Assembly: GCA_049602435.1 (NCBI GenBank)
Contig: JBMYRO010000004.1
Span: 10,720-74,719, forward strand
Direction of reading: 5' to 3'
From: Hyphomicrobiales bacterium
GTDB lineage: Bacteria; Pseudomonadota; Alphaproteobacteria; Rhizobiales; TMED25
DNA length: 64,000 nt
The notes under the pieces are model-generated. The model worked only from the letters and a program-made list of their open reading frames with translations. It had not been told where the DNA came from and did not search any database. The translations under genes and the position numbers were made by a program. Of this stretch, positions 40,429-50,036 are shown in pieces (positions within the stretch are counted from its first letter, which is position 1; each line of letters begins with the position of its first letter).

Positions 40429-41637
40429 TTACCTTGTTCTGCCTGTAGATACATCATATGGATGGACATCAATCACAAGACGTTCATCGAATGGATATGT
40501 AGTGTATATATCTACACCATCAGCTGTAACTATATGGTCATTCTCAAGCCTAAATCCACCAACACCCTTTACACCAGCGTAAGGCTCAAGATTAAATTGC
40601 ATACCTTCCTTTAGTACAACAGGCTGATCTTTCGACGCAGGTGAAAAATATGGTGCCTCCCATGGATTAACACCTGATCCGTGTCCCAGACTATCTAAAA
40701 CATAAGGATCGGCTTGCGCAAAAACATCTGCATTTGTTGCTCCTGGTTTAACAGCAGCGCCGGCATTAAAGAGAGCATTATAACAGTTTTGATGAACTTT
40801 TTTCATTTCTTCTGTTGGTTTCACATTTCCACAAATCCAAGTTCTTGTGAGATCACCGTAATAACCATTAAAGCATGCCCCAATATCAATAATAACAGGA
40901 TCACCATTTCTAATAATTCTATCTGATGTAAATCTTCTATATGGAGCAGTATAAGGCCCAGATGCTACAATATTTGAACATTGGGTCCACTCAGATCCCA
41001 TAGCTGTCATTGTTTCCCATGCAACCGCAAGTACCTCACATTCTTTGACACCTGGCTTCAAAAAATCAATAGCATTATCCATTGCAGCCTCTGTCATTGC
41101 ATTAGCAATCTTTAGGCAATGAATTTCATCTTGAGTTTTGATTTCTTTTGCACGCATCAAAATTCCTTGATACCCATCAACAAATTTTGAATCTGGAAAT
41201 GTCTCTTTGATCGCATTTTCCATATTCAGATCCCATATATCAATACCTATAGTTTTTCCTTTTAGAGATCCTATGAAACCTTCAACTTGGTCAGCCCAGC
41301 GCTTCATACCCACTTTTTCTCTGAAGTTCGCTCTTGGTTGTATTTGTTGCTCATCCAGCCATGGCATTCTTTGCTTACAATGCTCGAAGTCCATTGTCCA
41401 TAAAATTGGATCATGTCCTCTTGCAAGCACAACGACGGCATTACCCATTATAAAAGCAGGCCCAAGGTGATGCCTATAACCCATTAGATATCTTGCATCC
41501 TCAGTACGAAATACAAATAAAACATCCGCTTCAGAGTTATTTAAAGCCTCTTTCGCACGATCCAAACGCTCTCTGAGCATTCTTTGTGGGTCAAATCTAT
41601 CTTCCCAATCTACGGGTATAATACCAATGTCTGACAT
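40429..41637 (-). CDS. M24 (pita-bread) family metallo-enzyme
   Basis: IKT.DEI, metal ligands D (IIDIG), D (YGDLTRT), H (GHG.G), E (LEP), E (RLEN). Confidence 0.88.
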   Translation of the reverse strand: MSDIGIIPVDWEDRFDPQRMLRERLDRAKEALNNSEADVLFVFRTEDARYLMGYRHHLGPAFIMGNAVVVLARGHDPILWTMDFEHCKQRMPWLDEQQIQPRANFREKVGMKRWADQVEGFIGSLKGKTIGIDIWDLNMENAIKETFPDSKFVDGYQGILMRAKEIKTQDEIHCLKIANAMTEAAMDNAIDFLKPGVKECEVLAVAWETMTAMGSEWTQCSNIVASGPYTAPYRRFTSDRIIRNGDPVIIDIGACFNGYYGDLTRTWICGNVKPTEEMKKVHQNCYNALFNAGAAVKPGATNADVFAQADPYVLDSLGHGSGVNPWEAPYFSPASKDQPVVLKEGMQFNLEPYAGVKGVGGFRLENDHIVTADGVDIYTTYPFDERLVIDVHPYDVSTGRTR

Positions 41638-41676
41638 GAATTAATCTCCTAAGTTCATTTTTTTTTAAAAATTATG

Positions 41677-41705
41677 ATTTGATATTACAACGACAAATAT
41701 CAAAT
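41677..41705. promoter_or_regulatory. Perfect 10-bp inverted repeat in a divergent promoter (candidate operator)
   Basis: ATTTGATATT-ACAACGACA-AATATCAAAT between the divergent starts at 41637 and 41794. Confidence 0.5.
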
Positions 41706-41793
41706 TTACAATCGAAAATATAAGTATAATATGTGATAATATATTATAGGGAAAAGTAAACAATAATTTAGTATTTTAATTGTTAGCAAAGGG

Positions 41794-42513
41794 ATGAACA
41801 TGGATAATGGAATATGGGCTACTTGGTATAATTTAGATCAAAAGAAACGGGAAGACCACATAGAGTGGTTGCATAATAGGTATCTTCCAAAAATTATTAC
41901 TCATGATGGTATCGCATGGGCTGCACATTATGAAGTTGATGAACTAGATTACAAAGATAGAAGAGATAAGATTCCACATACAAAAGAAAAAATTCCTCAA
42001 GGTACCCAATTCATCTGTCTTATAGCTGCAACATCACCTCATATATACTATCAAAAAAATTCACCTTTATTTCCTGAAAATCAATCAGATGAGACAAAGA
42101 AGCGTCTCTCCGAAAGAGAAGAATCACGAACGGCAATCTTAATAGAAGAAGAGAGAGTTACAGGGCCTGATTATCGAATGGTATCCCCTGGTGGAGTCCC
42201 CGCACAAGCCATTCAAATGGGAAGTTATAACATGACTAGTGTTGAGAATGAAATTGAAATTGGCAAATGGTATGCTCAAATAAGACTGCCATTCGTATCA
42301 GAAGTCAAAGGCGCAATAAGAGCCAGAAAAATGGTCTCAACGGTCGGTTGGGCAAAACATTCAGTTCTTTATGAATTTACATCCCATGAAGATAGAAGAA
42401 ATAATATAGTTAGAGAATTTGATCCATTTAGTAAAAAAACTATCGGTGAAACCATTCACGCGCCAGGATCACCAAGCATTGGCCACAGAATTTGGCCACC
42501 TGTAGACAAATAA
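41794..42513 (+). CDS. Hypothetical protein with two EthD/DUF4286-like alpha-beta barrel repeats
   Basis: Two similar segments: W.H..YLP.....G...A.HY and WY...RLP.....G..RAR. Confidence 0.6.
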   Translation: MNMDNGIWATWYNLDQKKREDHIEWLHNRYLPKIITHDGIAWAAHYEVDELDYKDRRDKIPHTKEKIPQGTQFICLIAATSPHIYYQKNSPLFPENQSDETKKRLSEREESRTAILIEEERVTGPDYRMVSPGGVPAQAIQMGSYNMTSVENEIEIGKWYAQIRLPFVSEVKGAIRARKMVSTVGWAKHSVLYEFTSHEDRRNNIVREFDPFSKKTIGETIHAPGSPSIGHRIWPPVDK

Positions 42514-42535
42514 TATAAATTTGGAGGTAAAAAAT

Positions 42536-42850
42536 ATGATTTATAATATAAGAACGTATAACTGCGTTCCTCGAATGCTGAACAAATATATAAAGATCTT
42601 TGAAGATTACGCTATGCCCGTGAATAATAAACATGGGTTTAAATTAATAGGGTACTTTATAAGTGATATTGGACCACAAAATCAGATAGTTCACATATGG
42701 GAATACAAAGACTTGAATGAATTCAATGAAATGAGAAAAAAAAGAGCAGCTGATCCAGCTTGGGCAGATTTCAGAGATAGAACTGCAGGAATGATTGCTG
42801 ACCAAGAAGATAAGATTATGACAGGTACTCCGTTTTCTCCACTTAAATAA
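42536..42850 (+). CDS. NIPSNAP family protein
   Basis: MIY..RTY, L.GYF.SDIG..NQ.VHIW.Y.D, R...AADP.W, FSP. GGAGG SD supports ATG 42536. Confidence 0.92.
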   Translation: MIYNIRTYNCVPRMLNKYIKIFEDYAMPVNNKHGFKLIGYFISDIGPQNQIVHIWEYKDLNEFNEMRKKRAADPAWADFRDRTAGMIADQEDKIMTGTPFSPLK

Positions 42851-44010
42851 TGGAAGAAATAAATAATTGGACTGATGCATTTCCTGGAAATTTCCAATGG
42901 TCAAATGCAACACTTGTTTGTAAGGGTATGGCACCCTATGGTGCTGTTTCTCTGAATGAAATTGAGACAATCATTAATTTACTAAAATTGACTAATATGT
43001 CACCTTTAGATTGGGTTGATGTATGGAAAAGTTTCGCTCAAAAAAATATAAAAAATGCGGAAGAATATTTTCATAACAATAATCTAAAAACAGCCGGTCT
43101 CCATTACTTACGTGCTGGTAATTACATGTATACGGGGGAAAGGTTCATTCAACCTGGACCCGAAAAATTAGAAATCAGTAAAGTTGCATTTAACGCATAT
43201 CACAAAGGTTTTGAATTAAGTTATCCGGATATCGAATACATCAAAATACCTTATGAGGAAACATACCTACCTGGATTATTTATACCCGCAAATAAAAAAG
43301 AAAAGAGTCCTTCACCTACAGTATTAATATTCAATGGCATGGATAATTGTAAGGAAATGAGCGCACTTTTTGCAGGTTTGGAATTTGCTAAGAGAGGCTT
43401 TAATACACTTGCATTAGACGGTCCAGGGCAAGGTGAAAGTTTGAGATTACTTAATATAAAAGCAAGATATGATTATGAGGTCCCAGCCTCCTCGGCATAT
43501 GAGTATTTAGTAGCGAGAAATGATGTTGATAAAAATAAAATTGTAATTATGGGGTATAGTTTTGGAGGCTATTATGCATCTCGAATTGCAGCAAATGACA
43601 ATCGTTATTGTGCCGGGATTGCGCTCACTTCTGGACATTGGGATTTGTATGAATTCCAAAAAAGTATCTTTGATAAATTAAAATCTTCTTCAAAATCCAC
43701 TGCACAATCAAATTTCCAATTTCAATGGGTTGTTGGCGCTGAAAGCATTGATGATGCTCTTGAAAGATCCAGAGACTTTTCTGTAAAAAATAATGCATCA
43801 AAAATAAGAATTCCATTTCTGATCACCCATGGAGAAAATGATAGGATAGTACCGGTAAAAAATGCTTATAAATTTTATGAGAACCTCAAAACTTCAGAAA
43901 AAGAATTAAGAATTTTTACTAAAGAAGAAGGTGCCACAGAACATGCGCATGTTGATGATCGTCAATTAGGAATTAATTATGCTGCTGATTGGTTAGAGAA
44001 AATTATCTGA
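42850..44010 (+). CDS. Alpha/beta hydrolase, FrsA/2,6-dihydroxypseudooxynicotine hydrolase-like
   Basis: YLRA.NY, G.D..KE, DGPGQGE, nucleophile GYSFGG, D.IV, EHAH triad His. Confidence 0.85.
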   Translation: MEEINNWTDAFPGNFQWSNATLVCKGMAPYGAVSLNEIETIINLLKLTNMSPLDWVDVWKSFAQKNIKNAEEYFHNNNLKTAGLHYLRAGNYMYTGERFIQPGPEKLEISKVAFNAYHKGFELSYPDIEYIKIPYEETYLPGLFIPANKKEKSPSPTVLIFNGMDNCKEMSALFAGLEFAKRGFNTLALDGPGQGESLRLLNIKARYDYEVPASSAYEYLVARNDVDKNKIVIMGYSFGGYYASRIAANDNRYCAGIALTSGHWDLYEFQKSIFDKLKSSSKSTAQSNFQFQWVVGAESIDDALERSRDFSVKNNASKIRIPFLITHGENDRIVPVKNAYKFYENLKTSEKELRIFTKEEGATEHAHVDDRQLGINYAADWLEKII

Positions 44011-44021
44011 GGAATTTATTA

Positions 44022-44906
44022 ATGCCCATACCTAATGCTCCATATTGCCAGCCACCTGATAGAAATACATTAACTCCATCTTTTAAATTACCTACAAACA
44101 CATGTGACACACATGTACATGTATTTGACTCTAACAAGTATCCTTATCAGGAAAACAGAAGCTATACGCCACATGAGTGCAATTTAGACGATTTAGCAAA
44201 AATGCATACAAGATTGGGAGTTGAAAGAGCTGTTCTTATTCAAGCAAGTGTTCATGGAATTGATAATTCAGCAGTTCTTGAAAGTTGTGAAAATGATCTA
44301 ACAAAAAAAAGATGCGTAATAGCTGTTGATAAGAGTATTAATGAAAGTCAAATTGAGAACTTTCATAAAAAAGGAGCAAGGGGGATACGCCTAAATCTTG
44401 TCGATAAAGGTGGCATGCCATTTGAGTCTATTGACCAAGTATATAAATTATCAAAAATTCTCTTAAATTATGATTGGCATATTGAGTTTTTAATTCATGT
44501 TGATGATCCTGAGATAAAATTGAAAGCAATATCAGAGAATATTCATGTTCCAATTGTATTAGGTCACTTTGGCTATATGAAAACTAAAAAAACTATTAGC
44601 GATGAGAAATTTCAAGAATTTCTTGATGTATTAGAGAATGGTAATTGTTGGGTAAAGTTAACAGGACCTTATAGAATATCTAGTCAAACGGAGATTCCAT
44701 ATAATGATGTTACTCCTTTTGCAAAAGAGATCATCAACAAAAACTCTGATAATGTGATTTGGGGTTCGGATTGGCCTCATGTAATGTTGAAACATGAAAT
44801 GCCAAATGACGCTGAGTTAATTGAAATACTTCCTAATTGGCTTCCAACAGAAGAACTACGCAAGAAAGTACTAGTAGATAATCCAAGCAGGTTATATGGT
44901 TTTTAA
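44022..44906 (+). CDS. Amidohydrolase, 2-pyrone-4,6-dicarboxylate lactonase (LigI)-like
   Basis: CDTHVHVF, QAS.HG.DN, G.RG.R.N, WVKL.G.YR, WGSDWPH, LVDNP.RLY motifs; start at ATG 44022. Confidence 0.85.
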   Translation: MPIPNAPYCQPPDRNTLTPSFKLPTNTCDTHVHVFDSNKYPYQENRSYTPHECNLDDLAKMHTRLGVERAVLIQASVHGIDNSAVLESCENDLTKKRCVIAVDKSINESQIENFHKKGARGIRLNLVDKGGMPFESIDQVYKLSKILLNYDWHIEFLIHVDDPEIKLKAISENIHVPIVLGHFGYMKTKKTISDEKFQEFLDVLENGNCWVKLTGPYRISSQTEIPYNDVTPFAKEIINKNSDNVIWGSDWPHVMLKHEMPNDAELIEILPNWLPTEELRKKVLVDNPSRLYGF

Positions 44907-46504
44907 CTTTTAGATCTATTAAGAATTAAATCGGCAGCTTTTTCTGCAATCATTATAACAGGAGCATTGGTATTACCTGATGTAATTGTTGGCATGATTG
45001 ATGCATCAACAATTCTTAATCTTTTAACACCATGTACATTCAAATCATAATCAACAACACAATCTTTTGAATTCCCCATTTTACATGTACCAACTGGGTG
45101 ATAACTAATTCCTCCTTTTGTTGATAAAAAATTCTCTATATCATTGTCTGAAATTACATTAGAGCCGGGAGAATATTCTTCATTTATGAGATTTGAAATG
45201 GGTTTGGATTCCATAATTTTACGTGTAGTTTTTATAGCATTAACTAATAATTTCCTGTCTTCTCTATTTGAAAAATAATTCATATGAATCTCAGGTTGAA
45301 CAAGGGGGTTTAAACTTTTTATATTTAATTGCCCAATGCTTTTGGGTCTAAGCAACCGAATGATAATTGAAAAACCAGACCATTTATGTAACTTTGAACC
45401 AGCCTTATCCCCACTAAAAAGTATTAAACTAATATGCAAATCAGGTCTTTTAAGTGATTGTTTTGACTTAATAAAGCCAGCTGATACAGAAGAGCCCATA
45501 TTTAAAAAACCCCTTCTAAAGAAGATATATTTTAACCCCTCAAATATTGATTTTATAGGACTTATGAGAACGTCATTTAGTGTATTTTTAAAATTAGTTT
45601 TATAGACTATTCTGCCATTGTAATGATCCTGTAGATTTTTTCCAACCCCCTCAAGTACTGATACTTCTTTTATACCAAAGCGACTCAAAACATCCTTTGG
45701 TCCGATGCCTGATAATTGTAATATTTGAGGTGTATTAAATGCGCCCGCCGATAGAATAATTTCTTTATTAGAGAAATATTCAAATTCTTTACCTTTACGA
45801 ATTAATTTAATACCTGTTGCCACCTTATCTTGGAATATTATTTTTTCCACGTGTCCATGCGTAATAATGGTTAAATTTTTTCTTTTTCTTACTCCCCTCA
45901 AAAAAGCATTTGATGCACTAGACCTAATACCCTTTTTTATCGTCATTTGCAGATGCCCAAAACCTTCTTGAGTTTGACCATTGAAATCCTTGTTTATTGG
46001 ATAACCACAATTTACCCCTGACTCAACAAAGCTTTCAGCTAATAAGTGGGTTTCAACTGGTGATGAAACAGATAACTCACCTTCAGTGCCATGATATTGA
46101 TCTCTTATATTATGATTATACTCACTTTTTTTAAAATAGGGCAAAACCGAGTCATAATCCCATCCATATTTCTTTTCGGGATCCCACGTATCATAATCTT
46201 CTTTCTGCCCTCTAATATATACAAGGCCATTAATTGAGGACGAGCCTCCTATCACCTTTCCACGTGGCTGGAATATTCTTCTTTGCCCTGTATTTGCATC
46301 TGGTTCCGAAGAATACATCCAATTTACTTTTGGATTTTCGAAATGTTTTCCATAACCAAGTGGAATATGTATCCAAGGATTAAGGTCCCATCCACCGGCT
46401 TCAATTAACAGAACAGAATGTGAGTTGTTTGCAGATAACCTATTTGCCAAAACACAACCAGCACTCCCAGCGCCAACAATAATATAATCAAACTTTAGAC
46501 CCAT
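44903..46504 (-). CDS. GMC oxidoreductase (choline/alcohol dehydrogenase family)
   Basis: GAGSAG, WIHIPLGYGK, GGSSSING, NLQDH, HPVGTCKMG, SGNTNAP motifs. Confidence 0.92.
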   Translation of the reverse strand: MGLKFDYIIVGAGSAGCVLANRLSANNSHSVLLIEAGGWDLNPWIHIPLGYGKHFENPKVNWMYSSEPDANTGQRRIFQPRGKVIGGSSSINGLVYIRGQKEDYDTWDPEKKYGWDYDSVLPYFKKSEYNHNIRDQYHGTEGELSVSSPVETHLLAESFVESGVNCGYPINKDFNGQTQEGFGHLQMTIKKGIRSSASNAFLRGVRKRKNLTIITHGHVEKIIFQDKVATGIKLIRKGKEFEYFSNKEIILSAGAFNTPQILQLSGIGPKDVLSRFGIKEVSVLEGVGKNLQDHYNGRIVYKTNFKNTLNDVLISPIKSIFEGLKYIFFRRGFLNMGSSVSAGFIKSKQSLKRPDLHISLILFSGDKAGSKLHKWSGFSIIIRLLRPKSIGQLNIKSLNPLVQPEIHMNYFSNREDRKLLVNAIKTTRKIMESKPISNLINEEYSPGSNVISDNDIENFLSTKGGISYHPVGTCKMGNSKDCVVDYDLNVHGVKRLRIVDASIMPTITSGNTNAPVIMIAEKAADLILNRSKS

Positions 46505-46574
46505 TAAATTACCTGTAAAAAAGTGGATTTAATGTTATTATAAAAAAAAAGAAATAAAATAGAAGGTCAAACTT

Positions 46575-46661
46575 ATGCTTCTGTCAATTGAGTCACTGCT
46601 TTGGATGATTGTAGGAATTTTAACTGGTTTTTTGATTATTATTTACAGAAGAAAAAAATAA
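46575..46661 (+). CDS. Putative 28-aa single-pass membrane peptide (not in ORF track)
   Basis: MLLSIESLLWMIVGILTGFLIIIYRRKK*, with AGAAGG upstream; stop lies 1 nt from the convergent gene's stop. Confidence 0.5.
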   Translation: MLLSIESLLWMIVGILTGFLIIIYRRKK

Positions 46662-46662
46662 T

Positions 46663-47052
46663 CTATAAATCATAATTCCCATCTATAACTTTTCCGACTA
46701 ACTCTCCCGTAGAATTATCAAAGATGCTGACTGTTCCTCGCCCATTTTTATTTGCAACCTTACACCACCCACCAATTGCAGCCACCTCTTGAGACTCAAA
46801 TAATTCCTCTTCCCATTTTTGTTTATCAACGAAGAAATAATACTCTGATTCACTATTTTTGTTATGTTTAATAATAATTCCAGAGGTTACATATTTTTCT
46901 ATGAAATTTGAATGTATACCAGATGCTGCCTTACATAATTTTATTTTTCCTAATGAAGGATTTTCTGTTATGCCTGGAATTCTATAGCCTACAATACTGC
47001 TGGTAAATGAGAAGATTAGCATAAGTGTTATTATGACAATAATTGTTCGCAT
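46663..47052 (-). CDS. Hypothetical exported/membrane-anchored protein
   Basis: Hydrophobic N-terminus, 129 aa, two Cys; no family recognised. Confidence 0.65.
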   Translation of the reverse strand: MRTIIVIITLMLIFSFTSSIVGYRIPGITENPSLGKIKLCKAASGIHSNFIEKYVTSGIIIKHNKNSESEYYFFVDKQKWEEELFESQEVAAIGGWCKVANKNGRGTVSIFDNSTGELVGKVIDGNYDL

Positions 47053-47092
47053 CTTTTATATATGGTTCTTTAATTTGAGGATTTCAATTTGA

Positions 47093-48187
47093 TTATTGAA
47101 TTGCTTTATTTACTTCTGGAATAACCTTTTCTGCCATTAGCTCCATCGATCTTTTAGCTAAGCTTTCATCAACCCAATCAACGCCGCCATACAACAACTC
47201 ACCAAAATCACCAACCTCTTCCCTAAATTTAAGGATTTGATCTACGACCTCATTTGGATCTCCGCAAATTACCAGCTGATCTAGTATGTGATCTAAATTT
47301 AGTTGGTCATCCTGAATACTCTGATCCTCCTTGAATACACCTAACCTACCGCTTCTCTCAAGCTTACGGTATAAATGATCGTAAAAGAATCTGTATGGAC
47401 TATTACTATCAGACTTTCCGTAGGTTTTAGCTGTTTTAGCATCATCATTTACAAATATCGTTCTAGCGACCCTCCAATCAGAAGTATCAGCGGTTATACC
47501 AACATTATTCTTGCCCTCTTTATAATTCTCCCAATGAGTTTTAACCCATTTCGGCAATAAAAAGTGAGCAGATATAGGATGAAAGTCTTTTTCACCCATC
47601 GCTATAACACCCTTAGAATATGGCGCTACAACAGTGCCAACAATCTCGGGCAATGGCTTTTGATATGGTTTTTGTAAATAGCCAACTCCAACTTCTAAAA
47701 ATGTTGTCTCAAGCGATGAAACTTTAAATCTGTTATTAGGCAAATCAATATTATATGGTGGATCATTTTTCCAAATTTCAAGAATAACATCAATTGCCTC
47801 AGCAAAAATTTGACCGCGATCTTCATTAATAATACCCAGCACTTCTGCGTCACATCTTAATGCGCCAGGACTAATTCCAAAAATAAAACGCCCTCCAGAT
47901 AAATGATCTAACATTGCTGCATGAGAAGCAATTAATACTGGATGCATATGTGATAAGTTTGAAGTTCCAGTTCCTAGCTTTATTTGTTTTGTCTCAGAAA
48001 TCAAACTTGATAGAAATATCATACTGTTAGTAATATTTTCGGATTTATCTGTCAGATGTTCGCCTATAAAAACATCATAATAACCAAGCTTGTCAGCAAG
48101 AATCACAGCTTGCCTGTCTTCTTGAAGTGAGACCTCCCACTTCTTTTCTTCGGGATGTACTGGCATTGTGAAAAATCCGATTCTCAT
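47093..48187 (-). CDS. Luciferase-like (LLM class) flavin-dependent monooxygenase
   Basis: G.FTMP.HP, AD.LG...FIGEH, IKLGTG, AMLDHL..GR, GDP.EV, SMELMA..V.P motifs. Confidence 0.92.
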   Translation of the reverse strand: MRIGFFTMPVHPEEKKWEVSLQEDRQAVILADKLGYYDVFIGEHLTDKSENITNSMIFLSSLISETKQIKLGTGTSNLSHMHPVLIASHAAMLDHLSGGRFIFGISPGALRCDAEVLGIINEDRGQIFAEAIDVILEIWKNDPPYNIDLPNNRFKVSSLETTFLEVGVGYLQKPYQKPLPEIVGTVVAPYSKGVIAMGEKDFHPISAHFLLPKWVKTHWENYKEGKNNVGITADTSDWRVARTIFVNDDAKTAKTYGKSDSNSPYRFFYDHLYRKLERSGRLGVFKEDQSIQDDQLNLDHILDQLVICGDPNEVVDQILKFREEVGDFGELLYGGVDWVDESLAKRSMELMAEKVIPEVNKAIQ

Positions 48188-48294
48188 TTTTGAACCTTTA
48201 AGTTGCAGATGTACAAATTATTTTTTGATTAAAATATAATTTATTTTTCAAAATATATCTATAAAATATAAATTGTAATTTTGGGGGGTATGTA

Positions 48295-49167
48295 ATGCGA
48301 AATGTAATAATAACTTGCGCTGTTACAGGCGCAGCTGACCACACCCACATCAACCCTGCCGTTCCAATAACACCCGAACAAATAGCAAATGAATGCCTCG
48401 CTGCTCACAAAGCAGGTGCAGCCATTGTACATATTCATGTTCGTGACCCTGATACAGGTAAGCCGAGCATGGAAGAAGATTTATATAGGGAGGTTGTTGA
48501 TCGAATTAGGCAAGTCAATGATGAGGTCATAATCAATCTAACAACAGGTCCAGGTGCCAGAATAGTAATAAACGACCAAGAAGAGCCAACAAATTTAGGA
48601 AAAGGTACAACGCTAACCTCACCAAGTAATAGAGTTATACACATTGAAAATATCAAGCCTGATATTTGCAGTTTAGATATTGGTAGTTTTAATTTTGGGC
48701 CACATATCTTTGTTAATACACCTGATCTAGTTACTGAAATGGCCAAAAAAATAGCTAAAACAGGTGTCAAACCTGAACTCGAAGTCTTTGACTTAGGTGG
48801 GCTGAGGCAAGCAAAAGCTCTAATCAAACAGGACCTTGTTAATAAACCGTATTTATTTCAAATATGTCTAGGGATTCCATGGGCAGCAGAAGCAACACCT
48901 GAAATTATGATGACAATGCGGAATTTATTACCTGAGGATTCAGTTTGGGCATCTTTTGGGATCTCAAAAGATCAACTTCCTATGGTTGCACAGTCAGTCA
49001 TTCTGGGTGGACATGTTCGGGTTGGGCTAGAAGATAACTTATATCTATCAAGAGGTGAACTAGCCCCTGGAAATGCATCGCTTGTTGAGAGAGCGGTAAA
49101 TATTATAAACAATATGGGATATAATGTTGCTTCACCAAATGAAGCAAGAGAAATTCTCAAGATTTAG
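48295..49167 (+). CDS. Beta-keto acid cleavage enzyme (BKACE/DUF849, Kce family)
   Basis: IITCAVTG, P.TPEQIA, AGAAIVHIHVRD, KPELEVFD, GGHVRVGLEDN motifs. Confidence 0.93.
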   Translation: MRNVIITCAVTGAADHTHINPAVPITPEQIANECLAAHKAGAAIVHIHVRDPDTGKPSMEEDLYREVVDRIRQVNDEVIINLTTGPGARIVINDQEEPTNLGKGTTLTSPSNRVIHIENIKPDICSLDIGSFNFGPHIFVNTPDLVTEMAKKIAKTGVKPELEVFDLGGLRQAKALIKQDLVNKPYLFQICLGIPWAAEATPEIMMTMRNLLPEDSVWASFGISKDQLPMVAQSVILGGHVRVGLEDNLYLSRGELAPGNASLVERAVNIINNMGYNVASPNEAREILKI

Positions 49168-49180
49168 TTGTGAGGTTTAA

Positions 49181-50020
49181 ATGAAAATTATTGAATATAA
49201 GAATTTTGAAGCACGTCCTCTAGCAGGTGCACTCGGAGCCGAGATTTTGGATATAAATCTCAGCAAAATAAACGATGAAACATTTGATGAAATTTATAAA
49301 GCATTTATCGATTACCAAGTCATAGGAATCCCAAATCAAGAGCTTTCATCTGATGAATATTTAGAATTTGGAAGAAGGTGGGGTAAAATACACCATTACC
49401 CATACATGAAAGGGCTTGAGTCTCATCCAGAAATATTAGAAATTTTAAAAACTGAAACAGATACTTATGCATTTGGTAATGTTTGGCACTCAGATGGTAG
49501 CTTTACAGAAGTTCCACCAAAAGCAACAATGCTTTATGCTCAAGAATTACCTCCTGCCGGAGGAGATACTCTATTTGCTGACATGTATCAGGCATATGAT
49601 ACTCTATCTGATACAATGAAAAATATCCTAGATAATTTAAAAGGCCTCTATGTTGGTGATCAACCGCTAGCTCAGTTTTCGGGGGCAAAGAGTATGAAAC
49701 AAAAAGATCCTGGGAAAACCCAGGTTAAAACATATCATCCAATTATCAGAACTCATCCAGATAGTAAGAATAAGGCACTATACATCGGTGGTCATACAGT
49801 AGAAATTGAAGGTATGTCTAGAGAGGAGTCCTTGCCTATTATCAATTATCTAAAATCTCATTCAACCCGTCCAGAGTTTATCTGTAGATTTAAGTGGGCG
49901 CCTGGTTCTATAGCAATTTGGGATAACAGATGTACTCAGCATTATGCAGTTGATGACTATGCTGGTTTCAGAAGAAGAATGCATAGGATAACAATCCTTG
50001 GTGAAGAAGCACCATATTAA
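49181..50020 (+). CDS. TauD/TfdA family Fe(II)/2-oxoglutarate dioxygenase
   Basis: WHSD facial-triad motif, GGDTLFAD, HP..RTHP, WDNRCTQH, RRMHR. Confidence 0.93.
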   Translation: MKIIEYKNFEARPLAGALGAEILDINLSKINDETFDEIYKAFIDYQVIGIPNQELSSDEYLEFGRRWGKIHHYPYMKGLESHPEILEILKTETDTYAFGNVWHSDGSFTEVPPKATMLYAQELPPAGGDTLFADMYQAYDTLSDTMKNILDNLKGLYVGDQPLAQFSGAKSMKQKDPGKTQVKTYHPIIRTHPDSKNKALYIGGHTVEIEGMSREESLPIINYLKSHSTRPEFICRFKWAPGSIAIWDNRCTQHYAVDDYAGFRRRMHRITILGEEAPY

Positions 50021-50036
50021 AATTATTGAGGGAAAA

